Source of the DNA: Candidatus Hydrogenedentota bacterium
GTDB taxonomy: Bacteria > Hydrogenedentota > Hydrogenedentia > Hydrogenedentales > CAILVY01
DNA length: 64,000 bases
Direction of reading: 5' to 3'
Assembly (NCBI GenBank): GCA_903837785.1
Contig: CAILVY010000392.1
Coordinates: forward strand, 1,140 to 65,139
The notes beneath the pieces were generated by a model. That model was not told the origin of the DNA and ran no database searches. It worked only from the letters and a program-made list of their open reading frames with translations. The first letter of the stretch is position 1. The number at the start of each line of letters is the position of its first letter. Below, piece after piece: positions 35,501 through 46,136 of this stretch. Both the position numbers and the translations under genes were made by a program.

Positions 35501-37122
35501 CATTCCGCGCGGCCGTGAGTCCCCTTGCGAGCGGCTACATCTCGACTACGAATGACACTATTGCCGCGGCCTCCGGCCAGGCATTCCCCCTGGGCTGGCC
35601 GGGTGTGTTGATTCTGCCGGCGAGCCAGGTGCCGCTCCTGGGTGCATCGACCTCCGAAGGCGCGCAGGTCTTCTTCAATACGAAGTCCAATCCGCTCGGT
35701 TTCGGCGTCCATCTCGAATTCCAGGATGTGCCCCCCTCCGACCTGAGCGGGAACGTGTACGGCACCGTGATCGTCGGCGGCTTTGTGCCGCCGGTGAGTA
35801 ACGTGGCCGGTGTTGGTGCCGATCCGAGCCTGCCCGCCAACTTCAGCACGGCGATGTGGGACGACATTACGCTGTCGCCCGTCACCAGCCTGAGCCTGAA
35901 CGGCGGCGCAGATCTCATGTCGGCCGACTGGGCCGTGAGCAACGTGCCGCTGCAACCCGTCTATGTGGAGGCGTCGGGCAAGATCTTTGTGTCTGACCTC
36001 GCCGGGAACACGGCGTCCACGCCAAACGCGCTGCACACCTGGTGGATGCGCGAGGCGGCGGCGGCGTTCACGGGCGCCTCGCAGTCCGTCTCCTCGACCC
36101 CGACGTTTGTCTGGGATCTTGTCCGGCCCGGATCGGCGCCGACGAATGCGGCTCCCTGCGCGCCCGTCGCCCAGTTCCGGCTCTGGATCGCCGATGATCA
36201 GTCCAGCCCGAGCACCTCTCAATATACGGCGCTGACGGACTGGAGTTCCTGGACCAGCGAAAAGTCCATTGACCGGGACAAGTATCCGGACCTCAACACC
36301 ATCATCAATCAGTACCCCGACACGCACCTGATGATCACGGTGGCCGGCGCTGACGAAGCCGGGAACGTGCAGGACACCAGCGCCGCCGGCGACGTGATTG
36401 CGAGCCCGGCGCTCTGCCCGGTCTCCTACAGGCTCTGGAAGACGAGCGGCTCGGCGCTCGCGCTCGAGACCACGATCCGGGCGCAGCTCTGGTACAACTT
36501 GCTGGATACTGTGCCCGAACCCGAGACCAATGGAGTTCCTCATAACACGTCCGTACCGGGTGACCTGCGGGGTGTGCGCCGCTGCAGTCTGGACGAATTG
36601 AACTTCGGATCGAGCACGCGCGTGCCGCTGACGCCGCTCGAGCCGTGCTTGCAGCGGGTCGAGGCGCAGTTCACCGTGAACCCGGGCGCGAACGCGCCGT
36701 CAATCCCGGGGGGCTGGAAAGTGTGCTGGCAACTCCACGAGGACAACCGGCTCGTGGCGCAGGGCGTCAAGGCATACGCGAACCTCGGCAACAGCCTGCC
36801 GGAGGCGGTGATTACGATTCCCTCGGATTTGATCGACGATCCGACGCTTGTGGTGGCGGATTTCCTGAACAAGTCGCCGCGAAACTGCGGCTGCACGGGG
36901 GACCGCCTCGGGGACGACGGCGCTGCGGACGCCAATCAGAGCTGCGACGGGCAGAAGCACCGCCGCCGCGAGGTGCTTTACCGCTTCACCGCGCGGACCG
37001 TGGCCACCGATTGCCAAGGCACACAGCCCGAGGACGTCACGCCCGCGACGTTCAGCTTTTCCGTATATACGACCGAGGCGTTCAAGGATGAGCAGCCGGT
37101 GAAAGTGTTCACGCGCGAGTAA
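32578..37122 (+). CDS. Secreted 1,514-aa protein with five tandem CBM-like beta-sandwich modules plus a ~680-aa C-terminal region of unknown fold
   Basis: Signal peptide ...AALLVLCAVMGAGASA/Q. Five modules each open with an NG-FE-x-W type motif (LNDGFESGHQDW, PGGFEETPSVW, CASSNWVES, VNGNFEGGPAPW, LNGSFETGATPESNW). Each closes with aromatic-x-(V/L)-D-(D/N) (VFYVDNV, VFYVDDF, IFRLDDF, VFLVDDI, QFYLDNV). Confidence 0.75.
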   Translation: MRGSHAGQRTGARHVSIPPSGGPSWFHTAALLVLCAVMGAGASAQTCLLLNDGFESGHQDWTEQTDSLGTEAIITQDTTAASSGDWLSIFRGGADVGIDDGFLSQTVNAVWSGIDQTLIHPGIVVPTGGAGLSLRQSLPLPAAIPGASVHLDYNGPVAFSGANVVAFDLSVLSGGDAGDTLSLLIGGTAVFTVGGNGVVQLGPAGPVFGATYTTVTLPVVASGDQTVSFECAQNVGASVFYVDNVKVDGMPLGMPGGFEETPSVWTATPAVAQVIVAEHASEGTHAAKFGSSLSLGFHLKIFPLGTGSSSLQFLLNGAVQVEIFDNDLYYTGYRLVSIPLRRALAGTSPAVELRLQGSGAGVFYVDDFSLDTPVGSIAFPGGCDGLDCASSNWVESSANSIIVDTPEARSAPKAARFGGFPLTLECSLNVVRASGNGLDTMRVILGGDEIFSVDSNGSVSSAYLTGQSGGPYSLLVFDLTALGLAGSVDLEVRSHIEGDSIFRLDDFCLRGITDCLTGNAIVNGNFEGGPAPWTQIPAAPALIVPEPDGTLGKGNVASFGSDPVATFSFWLKIAGAGLATDSLTATLDNTTTLFRVQGDGTDSGGATVDYTQGYVQVQVTRPLVDFLGSHTLRFDASVHRSIGATVFLVDDIRLFFRDLNSGTESDFVLNGSFETGATPESNWNTSSAQVIVTEGGSNGAAHSATHMARFSAGVPTTEKSTLAQEVLHVPPFRALTFDLRIAQQNPDIGAGIANTDVLRVSVTSESTTTELQTILASDATYAKAAYTSVSIPLMSATSIWNDFGAHDTTVTFASDIANGAATSQFYLDNVCLKSAGGYANLSWNTCDVTPSAVNSNALRVVQHSAANQFSISANVTGLFGNVPIRLIVQPQLSSATDFSDVPAAFVVDTTSTGDLVTATFPLPALPFVAAPSGTVCTDGLATVHLLLLGPTDSAEVGFEGLAGGNQFILDTVQPAFRAAVSPLASGYISTTNDTIAAASGQAFPLGWPGVLILPASQVPLLGASTSEGAQVFFNTKSNPLGFGVHLEFQDVPPSDLSGNVYGTVIVGGFVPPVSNVAGVGADPSLPANFSTAMWDDITLSPVTSLSLNGGADLMSADWAVSNVPLQPVYVEASGKIFVSDLAGNTASTPNALHTWWMREAAAAFTGASQSVSSTPTFVWDLVRPGSAPTNAAPCAPVAQFRLWIADDQSSPSTSQYTALTDWSSWTSEKSIDRDKYPDLNTIINQYPDTHLMITVAGADEAGNVQDTSAAGDVIASPALCPVSYRLWKTSGSALALETTIRAQLWYNLLDTVPEPETNGVPHNTSVPGDLRGVRRCSLDELNFGSSTRVPLTPLEPCLQRVEAQFTVNPGANAPSIPGGWKVCWQLHEDNRLVAQGVKAYANLGNSLPEAVITIPSDLIDDPTLVVADFLNKSPRNCGCTGDRLGDDGAADANQSCDGQKHRRREVLYRFTARTVATDCQGTQPEDVTPATFSFSVYTTEAFKDEQPVKVFTRE

Positions 37123-37280
37123 CCTTGCGGAAATGCGCCGGATCGTGTTAAATAGAGTTCCGATCGCCTCGGCGTACTGCCGGGGCGCTTGAAATACGTC
37201 GAGATCCCCAGTGAGGCGGATGCGCGCCGGGATTGCCCGAGATCGGGCATGCCGGCCTGGACGGTGGAAGGCCAGGACGA

Positions 37281-38660
37281 ATGGGGAGCGAAGGAGAGAG
37301 AAAACGGCCATGGGGGGGCTGGCTGGGTGTGATGGCGTTGCTGCTGCTCGCGGCGGGCTGCAGCGATCGCGTCGTTGTCCCCAAGACCCGCATCACGATT
37401 GACAGCGCGCCCGAGCAGGGTGCGTCGGTGATGGTCGAGGGCGTCGAACGCGGCGTAACACCGGTGGTCATTGACGGGCTCGAACCGGGTTGGGTCGAAG
37501 TGCTGCTCAAGAAGGAGCGGTACCGGCGCGCGGTGGACCGGGTGCAGGTGAAGGCGGGCGTCCAGGAGAAGTTCACGATACAGATGGAGCCGCTGGTCGG
37601 TTTCCTGACGGTCGAGACCGAACCCCTGGGCGCCGAGGTCGTGCTGAGCACGGGCAAGAGCCTGGGGCAGACGCCGGTGGTCCATGTGCCGCTGCCGGTG
37701 GGTGAGTACAGCTTCGACGTGAAGCTGGCGAATCATTACCCGCAGCAGGAATCGCTCACGATTCAGGAAGATTTCCAGTACGAGCGCAAGTACATCCTCA
37801 AGCCGATGGAAGCCCGGCTCTCGGTGTTTTCGCAACCCACCGGCGCCACGATCCGGCTGAACAATCACGAGCAGGAGAAGAAGAGTCCGGCCAAGTTCAG
37901 CCTCCCGCCGGGGATCTACCGGGTCAGCGTGTACTCGCGGGGGTTTGTCGAGGCGGAACAGACCGTCGAGCTGCAACCGAATCAGGAAGCCACGGTCAGC
38001 CTGAAGATGGAGCAGGGCGAGGTCCCGCCGGGCATGGTTCTGGTGCCGGCCGGTCCTTTCATCTTTGGGGAAGAGGGCCGGGCTCCCGACGAGAGCCCAA
38101 AACGCCAGGAAACCCTCGACGCGTTTTACATGGACAAATACGAGGTGACGAACGAGGCCTACAAGGCCGTTTTCCCGGATTACGATTTTCCAAAGGGTCA
38201 GGAACAGTTTCCCGCCCACGGGGTGTCGTGGGAACGTGCGAGCAAGTATGCTCAGGCCGTCGGCAAGCGTCTGCCCTCGGAAGCGGAGTGGGAGAAGGCG
38301 GCGCGCGGGGAAGGCGGCGAGGAATATCCGTGGGGCGCGGAGTTCAACCCGGAATTCTGCAACACGAAAGAGGCCGACCACGGCGGCCCCGTCGCCGTCG
38401 GCAAGTATCTCGGCGGGGCGTCGCCCTACGGCTGCGCCGACATGGCGGGGAATGTGTATGAATGGGTGCACAACTGGTACGAAGCGTATCCCGGCAACAA
38501 GCTGGTGACGCGCGACTATGGCCAGATCTACCGGGTCCTGCGGGGCGGATCCTACACGGCGGACCGCTTCTACGCCCGCTGTGCGCGGCGGCATTTCGAC
38601 CGGATGGACGCCACCCGGGCAGACTACGGGTTCCGCTGTGCGAAGGATGTCCCGAAGTGA
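37281..38660 (+). CDS. Lipoprotein: PEGA-like repeats + FGE/SUMF1-fold domain lacking the catalytic cysteine pair
   Basis: Lipobox LLLAAG/C. PEGA-like beta modules (SAPEQGASVMVEG, TEPLGAEVVL, SQPTGATIRL). FGE-fold motifs (MVLVPAGPFIFG, YMDKYEVTNEAY, LPSEAEWEKAARG, GNVYEWV, RVLRGGSY, YGFRCAKD). Confidence 0.8.
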   Translation: MGSEGERKRPWGGWLGVMALLLLAAGCSDRVVVPKTRITIDSAPEQGASVMVEGVERGVTPVVIDGLEPGWVEVLLKKERYRRAVDRVQVKAGVQEKFTIQMEPLVGFLTVETEPLGAEVVLSTGKSLGQTPVVHVPLPVGEYSFDVKLANHYPQQESLTIQEDFQYERKYILKPMEARLSVFSQPTGATIRLNNHEQEKKSPAKFSLPPGIYRVSVYSRGFVEAEQTVELQPNQEATVSLKMEQGEVPPGMVLVPAGPFIFGEEGRAPDESPKRQETLDAFYMDKYEVTNEAYKAVFPDYDFPKGQEQFPAHGVSWERASKYAQAVGKRLPSEAEWEKAARGEGGEEYPWGAEFNPEFCNTKEADHGGPVAVGKYLGGASPYGCADMAGNVYEWVHNWYEAYPGNKLVTRDYGQIYRVLRGGSYTADRFYARCARRHFDRMDATRADYGFRCAKDVPK

Positions 38661-38682
38661 CGGTTCGCCGAATGGGAAAATA

Positions 38683-38711
38683 CTTGTCAAAACACTTTTA
38701 GTCTTGACAAG
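38683..38711. promoter_or_regulatory. Perfect 8-bp inverted repeat CTTGTCAA-N13-TTGACAAG (candidate operator) overlapping the -35 box
   Basis: Read from the DNA. The right arm contains the TTGACA of the promoter below. Confidence 0.4.
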
Positions 38712-38732
38712 GCAAAGGAAGTTTATTACAAT
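38704..38732 (+). promoter_or_regulatory. Near-consensus sigma70 promoter TTGACA-N17-TACAAT for the pilMNOPQ operon
   Basis: Read from the DNA. It lies in an AT-rich island in the 219-nt gap upstream of pilM. Confidence 0.6.
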
Positions 38733-38879
38733 AACCTGCAAGGGTTTATGAAAATCGGGTAGATGCGCGTCTTCACAGTTTTCACCGTGTTCGAGGGTGG
38801 CCGAGTGTGCGCACAGACTGAGCGCTGCGTGGCAGCTTGGCGTTCGTGACCGAAGTGGACGGGGTAGAGTAGCGAACGT

Positions 38880-41096
38880 ATGGCGAAGTTAATGCGAGGC
38901 CGCAAGAAACGGCTGATTCTCGACATCGGCACGAGCGCCATTCGCCTTTGCGAACTTTCGCATACGAAGACCGGTTACCAACTCACCAAGTACCTCCAGC
39001 GCGAGTATAATTCGGATCCGCAAGTCGAAGACGAGGTGCGGAAGAACCTGCGGCGCAAGACGCTACAGCAACTGCTGAAGGACGCCAAGGTCCGCTCGCG
39101 CCGGACCATCTTTGCGGTGCCGGGCCAGTCGGTGTTCACGCGGTGTCGCGCGCTGCCGCCCGTGCCGGAATACAAAGTCACCCAGATCGTCAAGTACGAA
39201 ATCCAGCAGCAGATTCCGTTCTCCCTCGACCAAATTGCCATGGATTATCAGGTCCTGGATCGCACCGAGGCCGGCGGCTATGACGTAATGATGGCGGCGA
39301 TCAAGACGGATGTCGTGGACAAACACATCGACATTATCCTCGACGCCAAGCGCTCCATCGACATCGTTGATGTCAGCCCGCTGGCCGCCTACAACTGGCT
39401 CAAGCACACGGGGGAATTTGGCGAAACCGGCGAGTGCGTTGCGCTGATCGACCTCGGCGCCACCACCACCGATATCGTCATTGAACGCGACAACCAGTTC
39501 CGTTTCACCCGGCCATTGAACATCGGCGGGAATGACGTGACGCTCGGGCTGGCCTCCGCGCTGAACATGAGTTTTGTCGATGCCGAACGGCTCAAGCGCG
39601 AGCGGGGGTTTGCGCCCACGGGCGATCCCAAGAAGGACGGCAAGGGCGGCGAGATCATCGGACAGGTGCTTCAGCGCCTCGTCTCCGAGATCATGCGCTC
39701 TTTTTCCTACTTCCGCTCCCTTCCCGGCGGCGGCCAGGTCAACCGTGTCATTCTCTGTGGCGGCGGCGCATGCCTGCGGGGGATAATCCCCTTCCTGCAG
39801 CGGCAATTGGGCGTGGAAGTGCGCATTGCGCAACCGTTGGCGGGCCTGGCCATCGCGCCGGCCGCGCAACAAGTGAGCGATCGCCCCGAACAGGCGTGTA
39901 TCGTGCTCGGACTCGCCTTGCGCTGCCGCGAGACCGTGCCCATTGAAATCAATCTGATTCCGCCGCGCATCGTCGAATTGGCCCGCCGCAAGGAGCAAGC
40001 CCTGTACTGGGCCTTGTCGTTGACGGCGGTGGCGTTCATCATGGCCTCGATCATTCCGGTGAGCGCAAACGAGAACAAACTGGTGCGGCAACGCATCGAC
40101 GCATTGAAGATGACGATTGGGGCCTACGACCCCGAATTGAAGCAGAAGATCCGTCCGGATACTGTCACGGTGCCCGACTCCGGCTACAAGGCGCTTTTTC
40201 AGGAAGCCAAGCGCTCCGTCGCCGTTCTGGAGAAGGATGTGCAGCGCCTGGATGAGTACCGCATCGGACGGAATTTCTGGCTGGAAGAGCTCACCTTAAT
40301 TAACGAACTGCGCCCCACCACCGGGGGCATCTGGATCAGCGCCTACGAAACCGTCACGGTGGGGCAGTCGGGCGGCGAGGCACCGCCGGGCCGCCCCGGA
40401 TCCCCTGGCCCCCCTGGACCGGGCCTGCGATCTCGAGGCATGGTCGGCGGACGAAGCGCCGTGGGTGGCATGCCTGTCGCCGGTTTCCCGGGGATTGAGG
40501 CCCGTGGGATGGTGGGAGGCGGCGGCCGCCTGGGAGGCCGGCGCGAAGCGGGCCCGCGCCCCGGCTCACCGGGACCCGGAGCCGGACCCGGCGGAGCCGC
40601 TGCGCCGCCCATTCAACCGCTTCCCAAGCCGAACGGCATCCGCATTTTCGGCTTTGCCGAATCTGACATGGTCATCAAGGAATACGTTGCGGCGATTCAG
40701 AAGGCGGAGAAGACCTTGACGGACGGGCGTCTCCTGAAGGTCAAGCAGGTGCTTTTCAGCGAAGCCAGTGTTCAGAAGTTCCCTTGGGACATCCTGATGA
40801 ATGCCCCGCTGGATGACAATGGCGCGCGCGGCGGCGGCATGCCGTCTGACCGCAGCGTCTTTTCGTTTACCCTGGTCATCCAATTCACCGGCATAGGCCA
40901 GCAGGAAGCGGCCCCTGCCGAAGGTCCTCCGCCCGGAGCACCGCCGGGTCCCCCCGGCCCGCCGGGACCGCCGGGACCGCCCCCCGGCCCGCCGGGAGCC
41001 GGTCCAAATGCGGGGCCGCCCGGAAGTCCGGATGCGGCGCCGCCCCGGCCGCCCTTCGCCAGACGCAACGCAGCTGAGGACACCGCGGCGCCATGA
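38880..41096 (+). CDS. pilM: PilM-PilN fusion protein with long Gly/Pro/Met-rich low-complexity regions
   Basis: Actin-like PilM domain (LILDIGTSAIRLCEL..., IDLGATTTDIVI, LCGGGA). TM ALYWALSLTAVAFIMASIIPV followed by a PilN-like coiled coil. Tracts RGMVGG... and PPGPPGPPGPPGPPPGPPG. Confidence 0.85.
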   Translation: MAKLMRGRKKRLILDIGTSAIRLCELSHTKTGYQLTKYLQREYNSDPQVEDEVRKNLRRKTLQQLLKDAKVRSRRTIFAVPGQSVFTRCRALPPVPEYKVTQIVKYEIQQQIPFSLDQIAMDYQVLDRTEAGGYDVMMAAIKTDVVDKHIDIILDAKRSIDIVDVSPLAAYNWLKHTGEFGETGECVALIDLGATTTDIVIERDNQFRFTRPLNIGGNDVTLGLASALNMSFVDAERLKRERGFAPTGDPKKDGKGGEIIGQVLQRLVSEIMRSFSYFRSLPGGGQVNRVILCGGGACLRGIIPFLQRQLGVEVRIAQPLAGLAIAPAAQQVSDRPEQACIVLGLALRCRETVPIEINLIPPRIVELARRKEQALYWALSLTAVAFIMASIIPVSANENKLVRQRIDALKMTIGAYDPELKQKIRPDTVTVPDSGYKALFQEAKRSVAVLEKDVQRLDEYRIGRNFWLEELTLINELRPTTGGIWISAYETVTVGQSGGEAPPGRPGSPGPPGPGLRSRGMVGGRSAVGGMPVAGFPGIEARGMVGGGGRLGGRREAGPRPGSPGPGAGPGGAAAPPIQPLPKPNGIRIFGFAESDMVIKEYVAAIQKAEKTLTDGRLLKVKQVLFSEASVQKFPWDILMNAPLDDNGARGGGMPSDRSVFSFTLVIQFTGIGQQEAAPAEGPPPGAPPGPPGPPGPPGPPPGPPGAGPNAGPPGSPDAAPPRPPFARRNAAEDTAAP

Positions 41097-42088
41097 ATAA
41101 AGCACGCATCATATACGCCTTGGCGCTATGTACCGTGCTGGGCATTTTCTTTGGGGTGTACCAGTTTTACTTCAAGGAGAAACTGGCCGCCTATCAGCGC
41201 GACGCCGTCTTGTGCCAGAAGCTGGAAGAGCGCCTCAAGGACTTGGAGGAATTCTTCCAGAAGTCTGACCCGGATACGATTGTGCGGGAATGGCGCAGCC
41301 AAGTCGTGCCCTGGACCGAAGCGATTATCGACCGGGCGAAGTTCTTCACGTTTGGCGACTGGTACGAGCATGAGAAGCCGCCCAAGGAAGGCGGCGGCAT
41401 TCTCAAGTTCTGGTACGACGAGCAGGCGAACAAGCTCGTCTATGACCTGTACCAGAAGGTCGGCGAGCGGATGGGGCGTTACGACCTCTTTCCGCCGGAC
41501 ATTCGCCAGGCCATGGGCGCGCCCACTCTCGACGACCTCGCCTCCACGGACGTGAACGAGGAGGATGTCAATTTGTGGCTGGGCCGCCTGGTCTTTGGGA
41601 TCAAAGCCTGCGAAATGCTTCTGGAGGCCAAAGCCTCCAGCATCAGCCAGGTCAGCCTCTGGTCCATGCGCCGGGACGATGAACTGATGCTCATGCAGAC
41701 GGTCGGGTGTTCTTTCACCATGACGATGCGGGACCTGGTCAAGCTGCTTGAGGACAATCTAAGCTGTGCGGAGCGTTATTTCAACGTCAATGCAATACGA
41801 ATAACGTATCCTTACATCGGTTACAACATCGAGCCGCAACTCAATGTCGAGATGGTGCTGACGCAGGAAGCCTTCAAGCAGGTTCGCCTGAACGCGTTGG
41901 CCGAGGGGAATATACCGGGCGTGGGCGGACCGGGGCAAGGGCCGACAGCGGCGCCTGGCGCCCGGGACGCGTACCGCACGTCCGGGATGGACCGGAGCCG
42001 GGGCGCGGGACAGACGCCCGCGGCCGAGCCCGGGTTCTTTGGGAAAGCCTGGAAACTGTTTAAACGCTACATACTGTATACCAATTAG
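41093..42088 (+). CDS. PilO-like bitopic protein (enlarged, 331 aa)
   Basis: TM IIYALALCTVLGIFFGVYQFYF plus a coiled coil (KLEERLKDLEEFF). ATGA overlap with pilMN. It sits between pilN and the secretin. Confidence 0.55.
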   Translation: MNKARIIYALALCTVLGIFFGVYQFYFKEKLAAYQRDAVLCQKLEERLKDLEEFFQKSDPDTIVREWRSQVVPWTEAIIDRAKFFTFGDWYEHEKPPKEGGGILKFWYDEQANKLVYDLYQKVGERMGRYDLFPPDIRQAMGAPTLDDLASTDVNEEDVNLWLGRLVFGIKACEMLLEAKASSISQVSLWSMRRDDELMLMQTVGCSFTMTMRDLVKLLEDNLSCAERYFNVNAIRITYPYIGYNIEPQLNVEMVLTQEAFKQVRLNALAEGNIPGVGGPGQGPTAAPGARDAYRTSGMDRSRGAGQTPAAEPGFFGKAWKLFKRYILYTN

Positions 42089-42106
42089 GCCATCGGATGG
42101 TGGTGC

Positions 42107-42616
42107 ATGCTGGATAAGCTTCTCAACATAGGCAGATTGATCTGGTACAACAAGGAGCGCATGGTGCTCCTGGTGGTGATGGTGGTGCTTTTTTACCGGA
42201 TCTATGTTGTGTTCAATCCGCCGGAGCATGCCGCGGAGGCCCCGCCAGCCCTGCCCCATAAAGAGGTGCCCGAGGAACTCCAGCCGCCCTCGCCTTCGCC
42301 GCGGCCGCCCTTGAAGGTGCCCGCGAACTTTTCGGGGCTATACAACAAGAATCCGTTCTGGTACTATAGTGGCTCGGGAGGAGCCAACGACAAGAAGGAA
42401 GTCAAGGAGTCAGACCTGGGCATCACCTTGCACGCGATTCGGGACGTGGGGGGGAAACTGCGCGCGCAGTTGAGCACGACCTCCGTGCCGAAGCGGTGGT
42501 ATGACCAGAATGAGAAGTTTGAACAGTTCGAGCTGGTGGAAGTCAATCCGGAAGACAACACGGTCGTAGTTTACTCGGAGCAATACGCAAGGCGCTTCAC
42601 CCTCCATATGAAGTAA
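42107..42616 (+). CDS. PilP/GspC-like small TM-anchored periplasmic protein
   Basis: TM MVLLVVMVVLFYRIYVVF, a Pro-rich linker, and a ~70-aa beta domain (ITLHAIRDVGGKLRAQL...FELVEVNPEDNTVVV). It lies immediately upstream of the secretin. Confidence 0.5.
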   Translation: MLDKLLNIGRLIWYNKERMVLLVVMVVLFYRIYVVFNPPEHAAEAPPALPHKEVPEELQPPSPSPRPPLKVPANFSGLYNKNPFWYYSGSGGANDKKEVKESDLGITLHAIRDVGGKLRAQLSTTSVPKRWYDQNEKFEQFELVEVNPEDNTVVVYSEQYARRFTLHMK

Positions 42617-42684
42617 CGGAGGAGTTGAGTCGTTTGCGTCCTTTTGGGTATAGTTCCGGGAAACAGCGGGAGGAAGATACTGTA

Positions 42685-46002
<3,318 letters not shown>

Positions 46003-46023
46003 CCTATCCATGAATTGGGAACT

Positions 46024-46049
46024 GGGCGGCCCACACTGCGGGGCCGCCC
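46024..46049 (+). terminator. 8-bp GC stem hairpin (GGGCGGCC...GGCCGCCC) 21 nt after the pilQ stop
   Basis: Read from the DNA. There is no clear U-tract, and waaA follows 88 nt later. Confidence 0.3.
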
Positions 46050-46136
46050 GTTGCATGTGCAGGCTTGGCTCCCGCCGTCCCGTCCATGGCGCGCCGAAAG
46101 GCCACGGGTGGGCCTGCGGATGGGTTGTGTGAACCA

